A stretch of DNA of 57,190 nt, counting the filler, from Basidiobolus ranarum (Eukaryota), in assembly GCA_040143965.1 (NCBI GenBank). It is 3 parts of 3 records of this genome, joined end to end, with 100 filler letters (N's around TTAATTAATTAA, not from the genome) between each part and the next. Parts side by side here need not be neighbours in the genome. Positions count along the whole stretch, not along the records: positions 1 to 19,029 come from JASJQH010007135.1; 2 more parts are not named here. One strand, written 5' to 3'. The notes beneath the pieces were generated by a model. The model did not search any database. It saw only the letters and a list, made by a program, of their open reading frames with translations, and was not told the DNA's origin. Of the stretch, positions 1 to 13,372 are shown piece by piece (within the stretch, counting starts at the first letter, position 1; each line of letters starts with the position of its first letter). Made by a program: the position numbers and the translations under genes.

Positions 1-81
1 AACCAACTAGTGTTTCTACAACTGTAGCCCTCAAACCAACTAGTGTTTCGCTCCCTCGAACTGACTAGTGTTTCTACAACT
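1..81. repeat. Three imperfect copies of ACTAGTGTTTC(TACAACT)
   Basis: Seen: aaccaactagtgtttctacaact at 1, aaccaactagtgtttc at ~35, ctgactagtgtttctacaact at 61. Probably lies in an intron of the minus-strand gene fragment. Confidence 0.8.
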
Positions 82-84
82 CAC

Positions 85-324
85 CAGATAATCTCAATAA
101 AGTCCATGAGGGTGATAAACGTGCTTGGCAAATGTTTATTCCTTCAGAAGGATCTTCAACCCCGGTGCCAACAATCTGACCAATCAAAGTAGTTAGCTCA
201 TGCAGTGAGCCATCATATTCTGGGAGAAGTGAACTCTTGCTGATTATTTGAAGACAATCGAGCGAAGATCGTATGTTGTCAAATCTTGTGTTAAGCATCC
301 CATAGGAGCACAAGCGAGAAAAAT
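85..324 (-). CDS. Probable internal exon of an unknown gene running off the left edge
   Basis: 240-nt open frame (FSRLCSYGMLNTRFDNIR...LLRLS) bounded by a tag acceptor and a gtgagt donor. No recognisable family. Confidence 0.3.
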
Positions 325-810
325 CTAGATTAATTCGGTGGGAGTAGGTGCATGCCAGTTATCATCCCAAGGGATGAGCGATAGAATAGCTTACCTCTAC
401 TTGCATCTGAAGGCGCTTGTACTGGCAGTTAAGGAATGGTTCTATGTTGAAGTGTCATGATCCCCTATTCTTCAAAACCGTAAGTAATCTATACACGCCC
501 TATCGATTTTATGAGCCCCCGCTTGCCCCATATCTTTTTTTGAGCCTCGGATCTATATATACTGAAGGGGCATCCTCAACTAGACAAATTTTGTCTGTAA
601 CAAAGATAACAAATCAGTGGAGCATTAGTGAAATTTTGGTCCCATTGTCAAGACCCCTTCTTTTTACTTGAGATATTCTTAGAGTTAATTATTGAAACAT
701 AAAAGCCAGTTGGATCCAGACTTTCTCTCGTTTAACATTCCCTTTTCCATTAAAACATACGTCTTTCACATCAACCCTTTGTGCTCTCCTGATACAGGCA
801 CACTACAAGC

Positions 811-2030
811 ATGGTTGAGTTCGGCCGTTTTGACAACATCTGTCGTACAATATCTCTGACAGTATGTCCCCTAGTTGGCCCTATAGACCGCCGCACAATA
901 CCTACATGCTACTCACGAAACATTGATATTGGAGGCTTCATTCTTTTTCAACCCGGTAACTATTTTAGAGTGTCCTCGTACAATGACTTTAGCTAATCCA
1001 TGTTTGTGAGAAGCAACATTCACCGTCTATTTGGTCGCACTACTTATGACAGTGATTATGATATATAACATCCGAATGAAGTACACAGCAGTCGGTAAGT
1101 CATTCTCCTTCAATAAATTAAAGGATGAACTCGCAATTGAGCCGTAATTTAGGAAGAAAGGAGATGGTCATGTTTTTCTATCTTTACGCAGCTACTGTAC
1201 TCATGGAAATGCTATTGATTACTGGAATCATACCTATCGGTTCTAGTGTGTACCCAGTAAGGACCAAGCCATCTTTTTCACAATGGTCAATAGCCCCTCG
1301 CTAACACCATAACTCATTTAGTGGCTTACAGCAGTTCATATGGCTCTTACCTCCACCACTATCTGGTGTTTACTTCTAAATGGATTTGTTGGATTTCAAT
1401 TTGCTGAAGATGGGACTGCTTTATCTCTTTGGGTAAATGATGATTTATACACATAAGTGGAATTCACGTCGACTAACTTTGTATGTAAAGTCTATACGAA
1501 TCTCGTCATTGTTTGTATGGGGAGGAGTATTTGCCGTGTCTATTCTGACTTTTCAACAGAACTTAGACTCTACCAATCCTATAGGCCTATGGACCATCTA
1601 TATTGTACTAAATGGTGCCGCAATCATAATCTACTTTGTCTTGCAGGTGATTTTGGTGGTCAAAACTTTAGATGACTGGTGGCCACTAGGTAGGTGACGA
1701 CTAAACTTATGACGCTTGTTTATGGGAGTACTCATTCCATCTATTATAGGGGATATTTTAATTTCGGGGATCTCTTTTGTTGCAGGCCAGGTTGCACTCT
1801 TGAGTTTCTCGCATGAAATATGTGAGGCGGTAACTCACTACTTGGATGGGCTTTTCTTTTCTGCTGGAGCCACGTTATTTTCGATCATGATGATATACAA
1901 ATACTGGGATTCCATAACCAAGGATGATCTTGAGTATTTGGTCGATTATAAAGCGGATCAATGGGAAGTGAAAAATGCAGCGATGGAGGAGGAAATCACC
2001 CACAAGAACACTACAAAGCTTCAACTCTGA
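811..2030 (+). CDS. CHS7: Chs7-family chitin synthase export chaperone (paralogue A), 6 exons
   Basis: Exons 811-955, 1014-1094, 1153-1256, 1322-1432, 1491-1689, 1750-2030, all GT-AG. The spliced protein has Chs7 motifs FGRFDNIC, CYSRN, KYTAVGRKEM, NGFVGFQFAEDGT, WPLGDI and YKYWDSITKDDLE, with multiple TM segments. Confidence 0.93.
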
Positions 2031-2078
2031 GTATGGATATAACAGCAATTAACATTCCATTAAATCATACATCATTAC

Positions 2079-2124
2079 TTCAATTCATAAAGCCTTGTTT
2101 GTTCAATTCATAAAGCCTTGTTTG
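2079..2124. repeat. Perfect 23-bp tandem duplication in the 3' flank of CHS7-A
   Basis: ttcaattcataaagccttgtttg occurs twice in a row. Confidence 0.95.
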
Positions 2125-2532
2125 TTGTTGATTAACTTCATATAGTAAATCTTTTTAAGCAATATTGGTCGGATTATACGTACAAATATAAATTGATGCT
2201 TCTGAATAGAAATCCCGATTCAACAGAATAAGGCTATATTACGCGATATCTATTGCTTTGCGATTATTGATTCGCTTCACGGCTATGTATACGTTATTTT
2301 ACGGTTATTTCTATATCACTTGACGGCTGTTTATATATTACTTTATGGTTATTTTATTTTTGCTGGTGACAAATGCGTATAGAGTCTGGGAAATAGCAAA
2401 AAGTGAATGGCTAACAATGTACACGAGTCTAATGATGAGTTGGATTAGGAGTAAAAAGGAAGTAATATTGATTTCATAGAAATGCATAGAAATGATGATT
2501 GCATTATGTGGTGACTGACAGGAGTGTAGTGG

Positions 2533-3671
2533 TTAGTATCTACCATTGTTGTAGCCCCCCATGTCGTACTTGACATCCCATTGAGCGGTTTTTCCTCCCA
2601 CCGAAAACTCAAGATCCTCTTTAGTGATGGAATCCCAGTACTTGTATGTCATCATTACTGATAGAAGGGAGCACATGACTCCAAAAAACATACCATCGAT
2701 GTAATGAGTTGCGTACACACATATATCCTGAGAGAACACATAGAGCACGACCTGTCCGATGACAAAGAAAGTGATAGCGAAGAGAATATCACCCAAAGGC
2801 CAGCGATCATCCAAAGTTTTGAAAACGAGGATTAATTGAAGGATAAAATAAATCAAGATTCCAGCACCATTGAAGATGAAATAGAAAACCCAAAGAAGTA
2901 ATGGATTGGTGGGACTAAGAAATCCGACCATATTCTTAAAAGTCCCGATAGCAACGAAGAAAGTCCCGCCAAATACGATGAGAGACGATAGGCGAATACC
3001 CTATAAACTATGATTAGATACTATATAGTCACTGAGATGCGTGTGTGTAACTTTACCCAAACAGAAAGAGCAGTTCCATCCTCGAAGATTTGGAACCCGA
3101 CCAATCCGTTGAAGAGCAAGGACCAAACTGAAGCGCATAGAAGACCAACATGGGCAGCTACAAACCACTAAAAAAACCATAAATATCGAGTAACAAAGGA
3201 TTAAACTTAGTATTGTACTAACTGGGTGAATTACGGAAGACGGGGGAATGATTCCTGATACGACAACAGCTTCCACGATAGTCGTAAGCATATATAGAAT
3301 AAAGAAAGTCACCATTTCTTTACGACCTGTGGATGATATGGTTATTATGGGGAAAATAACAATACAAGTTATCTGGTTAAGGCTTACCAACAGCAGTATA
3401 TTTGGTTTTGATGTGGTATATCATAATTACACCCATAACAAGTGCAGCAATATAGATGACCATGACAGCTATTATATTAATGACTTCAGTATCATGAAAT
3501 ATGTCAGTGAAAGAATGAGAATTACTAACCGAACTCGAAAAATAATCTGCCAGCAAATTCAAAGTTTCGTGCATAGCAATGAGGCTCTATCCCATTACCA
3601 TCAGCACCCAGTAAAGAACACACGGTGAGTGGTACCTCACGGCAAATATCATCAAAGCTCCCAAATTTCAT
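2533..3671 (-). CDS. CHS7: Chs7-family chitin synthase export chaperone (paralogue B), 5 exons
   Basis: Starts MKFGSFDDICREVPLTVC at 3671. Contains KYTAVG|RKEM, NGLVGFQIFEDGT, DRWPLGDI and YKYWDSITKEDLEFSVG. Last exon 2533-3000. Confidence 0.93.
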
Positions 3672-4568
3672 ATTTAAAAGTTAGACCTTCGAAAGAAAAC
3701 ACGGTAGAAGAATTAAAAGGAGTCTACTCGAACTATTAGAAGCTCAATAGTCAGAGCGGATAAGTTACAATGTGAAGAAAGTTCAGCTTCTTGACTGGGC
3801 AATCGCAGTTGATGTAGCAGTATGGATGATTTTATAGGATGATCCATGCTTCGTTGTAACTTCTGCAGTAACCATCAACAATTCTAGGGACTCGATCTTG
3901 TTGGTTCACATTATAAATGGTGGAGTGACTCTCAGATTAATCAACGTTTGTACAAACATAATTGTCATTAATAGAAATGCTCTAATTATGGCACACCTGG
4001 TAGTTGGGGGCAAGATCTATACATCCACAACCTAATCTATGCGGTAAATCTAAATTTATTTCACTTAATCGCTGGCTTTTATTGCTCATTAATGCATCTG
4101 CCATGAAGTTAACCCTATCTAGGAATTGGTGCACATTAGACATATATTTTAGGCAGGGTTCGCTCTAACTGCAGGCCTTTATTGGCTAGAGGCAAAACTT
4201 TGATAAGTTCTTGTGGAACCCAGCATCAGACCAATGAGTATTGAGTCAGTCGTGTAACTTGTCTATTAATGTTATTCTATTTTAAACTTAAACAGCTTTC
4301 TAAGATATGTTGATTAACTCGGGCTTATTTTGAGCTCAATGTGGTAGCATAGAGATCAGTGACGTCATATAATTCCACTGGATGACGTTTTCTTGTTAAA
4401 CGAAGGTTTATGCTAGATTGAGGTGTATGATGAATTTTGTACCTCAAGTTATTCCAGTTCACATCTTCTTGGGAATTACGAATAACTAAGGAGAAAGTTG
4501 AAAACATAATATACAGATACTTGGAACAGTTCTGGACTACGCCTTTTTGAGTTTTCTTCTACACTAAA

Positions 4569-7500
4569 ATGGCGAATACTAGCGCATACATGGTGGCTTC
4601 ATTGTTGGAGAAAGTAAATAGACTGTGTGCTTTTGACTTTAAGACCTATGTTTAAAACCTTTCATTTTGTACCTATGTTTTGTCTGTGCGGCAAAAATAG
4701 ATGACCTCCAGCGATACAGATTTTCGATACATGGCAACCAATGACCTGACTAATGAGCTCCAAAAAGACAGCTTTCAGCTAGAAGAATCAACAGAAAAAA
4801 AAGTTGTTGCTGCTGTGCTAAAGCTATTGGATGACAAAAATGGAGAAGTACAGAATCTTGCCATCAAATGGTTAGTATATTTCACTCCTAAACTCTGCTT
4901 GGTATTTTTCTCGCCAGCGTCATAACAGACACACACAAGAGGTTTATCTCAGTTACAGTAGGTATTCAATGATTTCTCATGCATCTTTGTCTGTATCCTA
5001 GTTTGGGTCCTCTGGTCAAAAAACTGCACGAAGCACAACTTCAGGAGATAGTCGATGAATTATGCAGTTTCACTATCCAAAAGCGTGAAGAAAAGCGCGA
5101 TATTGGAAGCATCGGTATTTTCTTCTCTATCAAAAGTCCAGAGAATTGAGATAGGTTTTTTAATGGAGTTACATAAACGGTTTCTTAGGATTGAAAACGG
5201 TTATAGTTGAAATCCCCTCCAATTCAGCTGTGGCTCTCAATATTTGCCAACGCCTTATCCCACGACTCATCTCGCAACTCGATAATGTACCTTTGTTGTT
5301 ATTCATTGTTAAAGCAGGCCAATTCTAAAATGTAATACATAATAGAACACTATCTACGAAATCCAACTAGATACACTGGATGTGATGGCTGAGGTCTTGT
5401 CTCGATTTGGAATTCTCCTTGTTGCCAATCCTCAATTACAGAAATCTATCCAAAACGCATTAATCCCTCTTTTAAACCATTCAAGACCTGCTATTCGTAA
5501 GAGAGCCACTGTGGCCATTGGTAAGCAATCGTCATACACCCATATACTATGAATATTTCATTGATACGTTGTTATGAAGGAAATTTGGTTGTCAACATCG
5601 GAGACGATTTGTTCAACGAACTTGTACAAAAGCTCTTGGTGGAGCTTAAGAAAACCAACAACTCACATGATAAGTCCAAAACGCTAATTTACTGTGTTGG
5701 GACTGTAAGGTAAAGTAGAGACCTTGCACACATCAAGTCTAACAAACATGCTCTAATCGGTGTAATTACTACACAGTCGTTTCAGTGCTCAAAGGTTAGG
5801 CAAGTATCTAGAAGAGATCCTCCCGATCGTTATTATTTATGCTAAAGAGGAGGAGGATGAACTCCGGGAGTATTGCTTACAGGTGAATTTGGATTGCTTG
5901 GTTGACGGATTTGTATGTATGCTAATCAGTTCGACGAATTCAAGGCTTTGGAGTCTTTAGTGTTGAGATGCCCCACTGAGATCACCCATTACATCCCTAC
6001 TATCACGGATTTGTGTTTGGAGTATATCAAATACGACCCGAACTTTGAAGATCCAGACGATGAAGACGAAGAGATCGATGAGAATGCTATGGATGAAGAT
6101 GAGGAGAATGACGAGGATGAATTTGACGAGTATGTTGTAGAACAAGCTTTTACTGATGTAACCATTTCTTATACCTTTTCAACAGCGAATTCTCCGATGA
6201 CGATGATATCTCTTGGAAAGTCAGAAGGTCGGCTTCCAAAGTTTTCTCCGCCATTATATCAACCCGTCATGAACTATTGCCAAAGCTTTACGAGACTGTC
6301 GCCCCTGCTTTGATTGCCAGATTTAAGGAAAGAGAGGAGACTGTTCGTGTTGATATCCTCCAAACCTTCATCACCCTGCTAAGACAAACAATCATTTATG
6401 CTAAGGAGGAGCGAGAGGCACGAGATACCGATGATATTGTTTTCGAAGCCAAGCGCCGGAAACTTCACAATCCTATGGACACTGATGATAGTATGCCTCA
6501 ACTTCTTCGTCAGCAAGTTCCCAAACTAGCCAAGAGTTTATCCAAACAGCTAGTGTCGAAATCAATTCAAACCCGCCAGACTGGTTTCATTCTTTTGCGA
6601 GAGCTGATCACGGTGTTACGTGGAGGGTTGGATTATCAAATTTCTCTTTTTATTCCAGCCATTAGCTCTTCCTTGTCTGGTTCCGATACCACCGTCACCA
6701 ACCATAGCTTTGGTACCAACTCCAATCTCAAAATCGAGGTCCTCTCTTTCTTGAGACAGCTTTTCCGTACCCACCCACCCCATGTATTCAATTCCCATTT
6801 GGAGCGCCTTGCACCTCCTATCATAGCTTCTGTTAATGATAAGTTTTATAAAATCCCATCCGAAGCTTTGTTAGTTTGCAACGAGCTAACCAAGGTGATC
6901 CGACCAATTACATATGTTCCCAACACTGACTCTTACAGTCTCGCGCCTTTGAGTGAGAATTCCAAGTCTTATATTCAGCAGATTTATAAAGCCACTTTAG
7001 CCAGGCTTTTCACTTCAGATGCTGATCAAGAAGTCAAGGAGCGTTCCATCACTTGTTTGGGTGTCTTACTCTCTCAAACTGGAGATGAGTTAAAGCCCGA
7101 ATTAAAGGAATGTATGCCCTTACTTTTGGAGAGGTTGAGAAACGAGATCACCCGACTGACCACTGTGAAAGCCTTTACCATGATTGCTGAATCGCCTGTT
7201 ATCAGTAATGAAGATACTAAAGATGTTGTTTTAGAAGCCATCTCGGAAATCTCATTGTTATTGAGAAAAAATAACCGTCAAATCAAGGCCTCTAGTCTTA
7301 TTTGCCTTAAGGCTCTACTTAAGAGATATGGGGAGTATGTCGATTCGGAAACATTCACTAGCGTACTTGTGGAGCTTAGACCGTTAGTATCGGATTCGGA
7401 TTTGCATTTGCTTCCACTGGCTCTTAACACTCTCGGAGTTGTTCTGAAGGTTAACCCTGGCTCTTTGATCAAAGTCAAAGGTGACATTTTGGAATCTCTA

Positions 7501-9012
7501 CTTAACCTGGTCAAGTCGCCTCTTATTCAGGGAGCATCTCTCGATAGCCTTCTTGAGCTTTATGCTGCATTGGTTCATACCGATGAGAGCGATTTCACTC
7601 CTCTGATGAATAGTCTAACAAGCCTTGTTCGCACTGACTGTGACAATGAACAATCTAGCACCACCAATCAATCATACTCCATAATTGCCCAATGTGCTGC
7701 CACATTATGCTTAAACTCAACAAACAATTGTCAGGCGACTGTGAACTCTTTCATCAATGAGATCAAAGACACTTCGTCTTCGGATTCGATGAAGTGCTTT
7801 TCATTATTGGCTTTGGGTGAGATCGGTCGAAAGATTGACTTGAGCCAGAATGAAGAGCTCCACAGCCTTATTCTTTCGCTGTTTTCATCCCAATTGGAAG
7901 AAATCAAATCTGCTGCTGCTTTTGCTCTGGGTAACGTCGCAGTAGGTAATGTTCCCAAGTATCTTCCCATCATCATTAGCGAGATCAAAGAGCAAAGCAA
8001 GAGACAATACCTTCTTTTCCACTCTTTAAAGGAGCTGATTACTCGTCACTCTCATCAGCAAGATGCCGAAGTTCTCAAGCAATTCGATGGGGAGATATGG
8101 GAGTTGTTGTTCGCCAATTGTGATAGTCAAGAGGAAGGAACCCGTAATGTAGTTGCCGAATGTATTGGAAAAATGACTTTGACCAACCCCCAGAAGTTCT
8201 TACCCGACTTGAAGGCTCAGCTTCAGTCATCCTCACCTCATACTAGAGGGACCGTTGTCACTGCCATTAGGTATACCTTCACGGATCAAACGCAGAGTTT
8301 CGATGATCTGCTTCATCCGTTGATTGTTGAGTTCTTGTCCTTGATGCACGATGGTGATTTGAATGTGCGTAAGATGTCATTATCGACCCTTAACTCAGCC
8401 GCTCATAACAAGCCATATCTAATTCGCGATGTTCTGGACCAATTACTTCCTTTGCTGTATGAAGAGACGGTAGTTCGAGATAATCTGATCTACACGGTTG
8501 AGATGGGTCCCTTTAAGCACAAGGTAGATGAAGGTCTCGAGATTCGTAAAGCAGCGTTCGAATGCATGTATACCCTGTTGGATCATTGCTTGGATAGAAT
8601 CGAGATATTCGGATTTTTGGATCGAGTAGTGATGGGTCTTAACGATCAACAAGATATCAAAGTCCTCGCCCATTTAATGCTTATACGACTAGCTCGTGTA
8701 CTTCCAGCCGCCGTGGCACAGAAATTGGATGATTGCGTTGATCCACTCAAAGCAACCGTAGATCATAAAATCAAACAATCCTCGGTCAAACAAGAGGTAG
8801 AAAAGCATCAAGAGTTGGTTAGATCAGCGCTTCGAGCAGTTGCGGTCATTTCCAAACTTACCGAATCATCCAGTTCACCGAAATTCGATGCTTTCCTAAA
8901 TGAACTGAAAAGTGGAGCTTTGGCAGAAGAATATCAAACGGTCTTACAAGAGACCGATGCTAAAGAGAGTTATCTAAACGGTGGATTTGGAGAGTTCATG
9001 GATTTGAGTTAA
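4569..9012 (+). CDS. CAND1: Cullin-associated NEDD8-dissociated protein 1 (TIP120), HEAT-repeat SCF exchange factor, 9 exons
   Basis: N-terminal [20 protein letters not shown] and [67 protein letters not shown]. Eight GT-AG introns, then a terminal exon at 6186-9012. Confidence 0.96.
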
Positions 9013-9226
9013 ACACCAACACATATTCTATGAAATATATGCATTGCTCCAGTAAGTGAAAAAGTGAGAGCATCGATCCCATTCGATTTTTATGAAAGTG
9101 ATTTTACTGTTTACTGTATAAATAAATTGGATTTATCAACTATTGCTTGGTAAAATGATTTCATAAATAGTTTCATTAAGATTACATGTATAATGCTGCT
9201 AGAAAGTGTAAACATATGTTGCTCTT

Positions 9227-12200
9227 TTAAGGCTGATTAGCAGTTGCAGTTGACTTCATTAAAGTGAGCCAGCCCTCTATACTTTCAAATAATTCCATGG
9301 TTAGACGTTCAAGTGTATCCATTGGAAGTTCATCGTGTTTGCCTGTAGGGGAGGGAGATAGACTTCATTAGATATGGGTTCAAATCGTCTTAATAATTCA
9401 CTCAATCATTTACCGCTGCCCACTAAATTACCGAAGCAGGGGGAATGGTGTTGAGCTCTGACGGTGGGATCTACAGAAATGTAGGAGTTCTAGATGGAGG
9501 AAGTGTTGGCTTGAGACAAGTTAAGTTGCCAAAGAAGAATAGTATGGCTACCTTTACAAACCAGCCACTTTTTTCTGGAGATATCGTGGGTAACTCATCT
9601 CCAGGTATCAGTGACATGAATATTGGATACTTTTCGATGCCATCTAAATGAATTCCTAGTCAGCAACATCAAACACACAAGAATCAGAGGAAACCATAGT
9701 CACCTATAAGTGTCACGAGATGTGCGACTGACACTGCTCCGTATCCTGTAGCAACAAATATAATCTTCTTCTGGGTTGTAGTTCTGAGGAATAGGATTTA
9801 GATGAAGTCAGGTTGTCTACAGTTTTCTATGGAGACTTACTTTATGTGTCGGTCCCAGATATATCTCAGTAAACGGTCCACAACCCTCCTATCTTCATCT
9901 TGAAAATCATTCTGGATTGATAAAGTGAAGTGAGCAAAAGAAAAGAGGCAGTATTCTCCAGTAGAATCTTACAAAGTATGGAATATTCACGTCTATCAGC
10001 TCCCAATTATTCACCAGAAACTTTCCTAATGTTTTGTTAGCAATATCAAGCTAAACCTTCATTAATAAAACCATTCAGTATTTATACAGGTATTAGATTG
10101 CAATACCAGGCTTGATTCTTTTTGCGAAGTGGCTTTCGGATGATTCCTGTGAAAGCGAAGGCGAATGTGAATGTGAATAGAATCCAGAAGCAATCTAGAC
10201 TGAGAAATCAAGTCTTACATGTCATGTAAAAAAACCACCAAGACCGACGAGATGAGCGTTCGATCGCTAGAGGGAGCGATGGATGTTAATGGAAACGTAC
10301 TGATGTCGTTTACGTGTTACTATCTTCTTACGTTTGGAAAACTTCCTCGTGGAAGTACTCGGGAACATTTGACCCAGTAATGGGGAGTTTTGAGAGGCCA
10401 AATTCATCAATCAGTTTTTTAGAGCGCTCTACAGATAATTCTACGGAAGGAGCACAAGATGATGAGCAGATTATTTGGACGAAACATCTGCACAATGTTA
10501 CTTACTTTGACGCTGCTCTACCCGCTTATTTAGATCATCTACATTTGCCAAGTAAGTTTAATATCGATTACAACGTGGAATAAGAGATTTATAAATCATC
10601 CCATACCAGAGAAAGCCGATTTGATGTTTAGTTCACGTAGAGATTTCCAGTAGACCGAGTGAATTTGTGCCACTTTCTCTATCAGCTCAATACACTTTGG
10701 ACTCGGAATACCCGGCTGAAGTGGTGGAGGGTCTTCTCCAATGAGCACTCGAACACAAGCCAGAGCTGATTCAGAGATTATGTCGTAATTGTAACCGCCC
10801 TAGGATTGATGGTTTAGATGATGTACTTTGTGCCAGTAACGCAAGTCTTACAATCACCTCTAAACTTAGCACTAGCTTTCCACCGGCCAAAGATTTCAAC
10901 TTTTGAGTCATATGGGCAAAGCCTGCGGGTGAGACGAAACTTCCGCCCATCAAATCCCCTGATGTTCGAAATGGTTACAACTATGGTTACTTGATTTCTG
11001 ACTATATAAATATTCACAAAACCTGAGCCAGCGTTAAATCCCGATGCCACTAATATCAAATCAACATAGTTAACTCTACTGTCACTCATACTAATCCCCA
11101 AACTAATCACCTACCGATAACGATCTCTGGGGCAAATTCATAAGCTATTGGCATTAACAGTTTGCTAAAGGCATACAGATAATCGAAATCTCCCATTCCA
11201 GCGCATGGCCAGGGGACGTTGATGGTTCTATGGAGTAAGGTTAGGAATAAGAGAATGGAGAGGGCTAGCTATGTTCACTCACCTTCCCTTGCCTTCGCCC
11301 TCCCCAACTATATAATGGGCAGCGGTTGTTTCGTAGGGATAGAATTTCGCATCCTCGTAGCGATGCAAGGAGAAGTAGAGTACATTGGGGTCAGATAGGA
11401 AGGCCTTTTGAATACCATTTCCTAAAGGTATACATGTCACATGAGAGCTATATAGAACATTACTTGTACGACAATTATCTACCGTGGTGGACATCCCTAA
11501 AACCATTCGCTTAGTAAGAATGTTGAGACAAGAATGCTAACATCTGCCTACCAATCAACTATGAGAATTCTTTTGGCGTGATGATATTTTTGCAGACACT
11601 TCGTAGCTACAGCCTAAATGGATCTCAATGTCAACTAAATGACATCAGGGGAGTGGTTCGACAAACACACATACCACATTATTGTACAAACAGAAACCCC
11701 TTTGGTAAAACATGATATAAGTTACTGTTTCAAATAATCATCATTTGTGTATACTAACATGGGCTATGAAGATGCGGAAGGACGTCATGAAAATATCCAA
11801 GCATCATGAAAATCAGTATCCTGATATGTGTTGAAAGCATCAATTAAATAGGTAGATACCTCGTCGGGTTCGGCGTGATGTCCTCTGTCGATATATATTT
11901 TAGCTTTCTCAAATAAAGAAACACTGCGATAAAGCTACTTACGGTGGTCTAACGATGGCCATTCCGTTTTTGATTTTCCCTTGATACACTGTTCTACAGA
12001 GTTCTATGACGCCACCGCAAGCCAGCTTGGCACAATGGGAAGACATTGAATTCAAGTATAAAGAATCATGTTGATTGGCTAAAGCTGCCAATTTTTCCTC
12101 GGATAATGCTTTTTTATGAGAGGAATATAGATAGTTGAGTAATATACTTTAAAGCAAGTCGGAGGAGTATATAATACCTGAGGAATCGGTGATCTCAGTA

Positions 12201-12499
12201 ACGTGACGTTTGGTATGCACTAATAACAATTCTTCTTCGGTGGCCTCCCGACAGTTAACTTTGGCGCATCTAGATAGGCAGCCTGATGCCGCTATTTTCT
12301 CATAGATGTGGTATGCTCGAAGAGACTCTTCTGGATGTGGTAGTCCAGTAACAACTGGAGCATGATAAGCTAAACGAACATCGTAAACCAGGCCTGTGTC
12401 TGGCCTATGAGTGGGGTGAACTTTGACTTCAGGGGGTGAATCTAGACGTCTTTTCTTCTGATTTGAGTGAAGACGACGGCGACGTGATTTAGTTCCCAT
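9227..12499 (-). CDS. HDA1: Class II histone deacetylase (Hda1/Clr3-like) with probable C-terminal Arb2-like region; very intron-rich
   Basis: Spliced motifs [60 protein letters not shown] and LEGGYN. The start and the stop (9227-9229) were traced by eye; C-terminal exons are less certain. Confidence 0.88.
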
Positions 12500-13094
12500 T
12501 AAGGTATACTTGAGAGAATAAAATAAACACTGGGAAAATATTTATGTATGACAGAGAGAAAGGGGAATATTCATATGTATTAGATATACTTTGGAAATCT
12601 TTTTTAAAGAAATCTTGTGGTTGTTTATTTTTGGTCATCGTTTGTATCATGATTAACCCAAGGCTACTTGACATGATGTTTCTTATTGGTCATTTCGTAT
12701 TTCGTATTTCGATTTCGCATCTCACATTTCGTTTAGTTGATCAGTTTGTATAATAACTGATATTGGCTCATCTATTTTTGAATCACAAATCTAGGAAAGT
12801 GGCTTATGCCTCATTGCTATATATCAATCCCCTTACTCCTTTTCTCTTGCCCTATCATCACTAAAACTAGTGCGAATTCTACTAGCCTTATCCAAGAACG
12901 ATTCTAATCCATGCATTTCCTGGTTGATTAGTTCTTTTGCTATTCCGTTATTGCATTCACCGTCACTATGCCACTTCTATCGTTGTTAAAGCACGACGAT
13001 TGATCATCTCAACAATCTCATCTCAACGACCAAGCGTGTAAGTTTTTGTCAAGGGTAAAATCTCCATGTTCTATTTGGTATCAAGGTATGCGTC

Positions 13095-13207
13095 CTGTCT
13101 CTTTATTGGATCCATTATAACCGTATACAAGCACCACCAAAACTGTCTCTTTATTGGATCCATTATAACCGTATACAAGCGCAGACGATGGAATAGCACC
13201 ACCAAAA
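13095..13207. repeat. Local duplication (38 bp exact, A-B-A-C-B pattern)
   Basis: ctgtctctttattggatccattataaccgtatacaagc at 13095 and 13143; gcaccaccaaaa at 13131 and ~13196. Confidence 0.9.
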
Positions 13208-13372
13208 ATAACCAGTTCATTCTCAAAAATCATCCGATTTAATAATTCCTTTAATGTCTATTTTTTATAAGGGAATGGGCATGGGAAAGGGAAGAGAAGG
13301 TGTATATGAGTAGGCAGATTGGGATATTTTGAACCCTGAAAATGATGGGCTTCTAAAAATCAAATGGTTTGT

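Noticed and set aside
1-81. Short repeats with spacers resembling a CRISPR array
   Set aside because: Only three short, irregularly spaced copies in a eukaryotic intron-like context, with no cas genes.
2265-2358. Degenerate ~21-bp repeats (ttacggttattt-like) between the CHS7 genes; also atttcg repeats at 12691-12731
   Set aside because: Low-complexity slippage repeats with no evidence of function.
6277-9012. 911-aa ORF as a complete gene starting at TTG
   Set aside because: It is most of the last exon of CAND1; the real start is at 4569.
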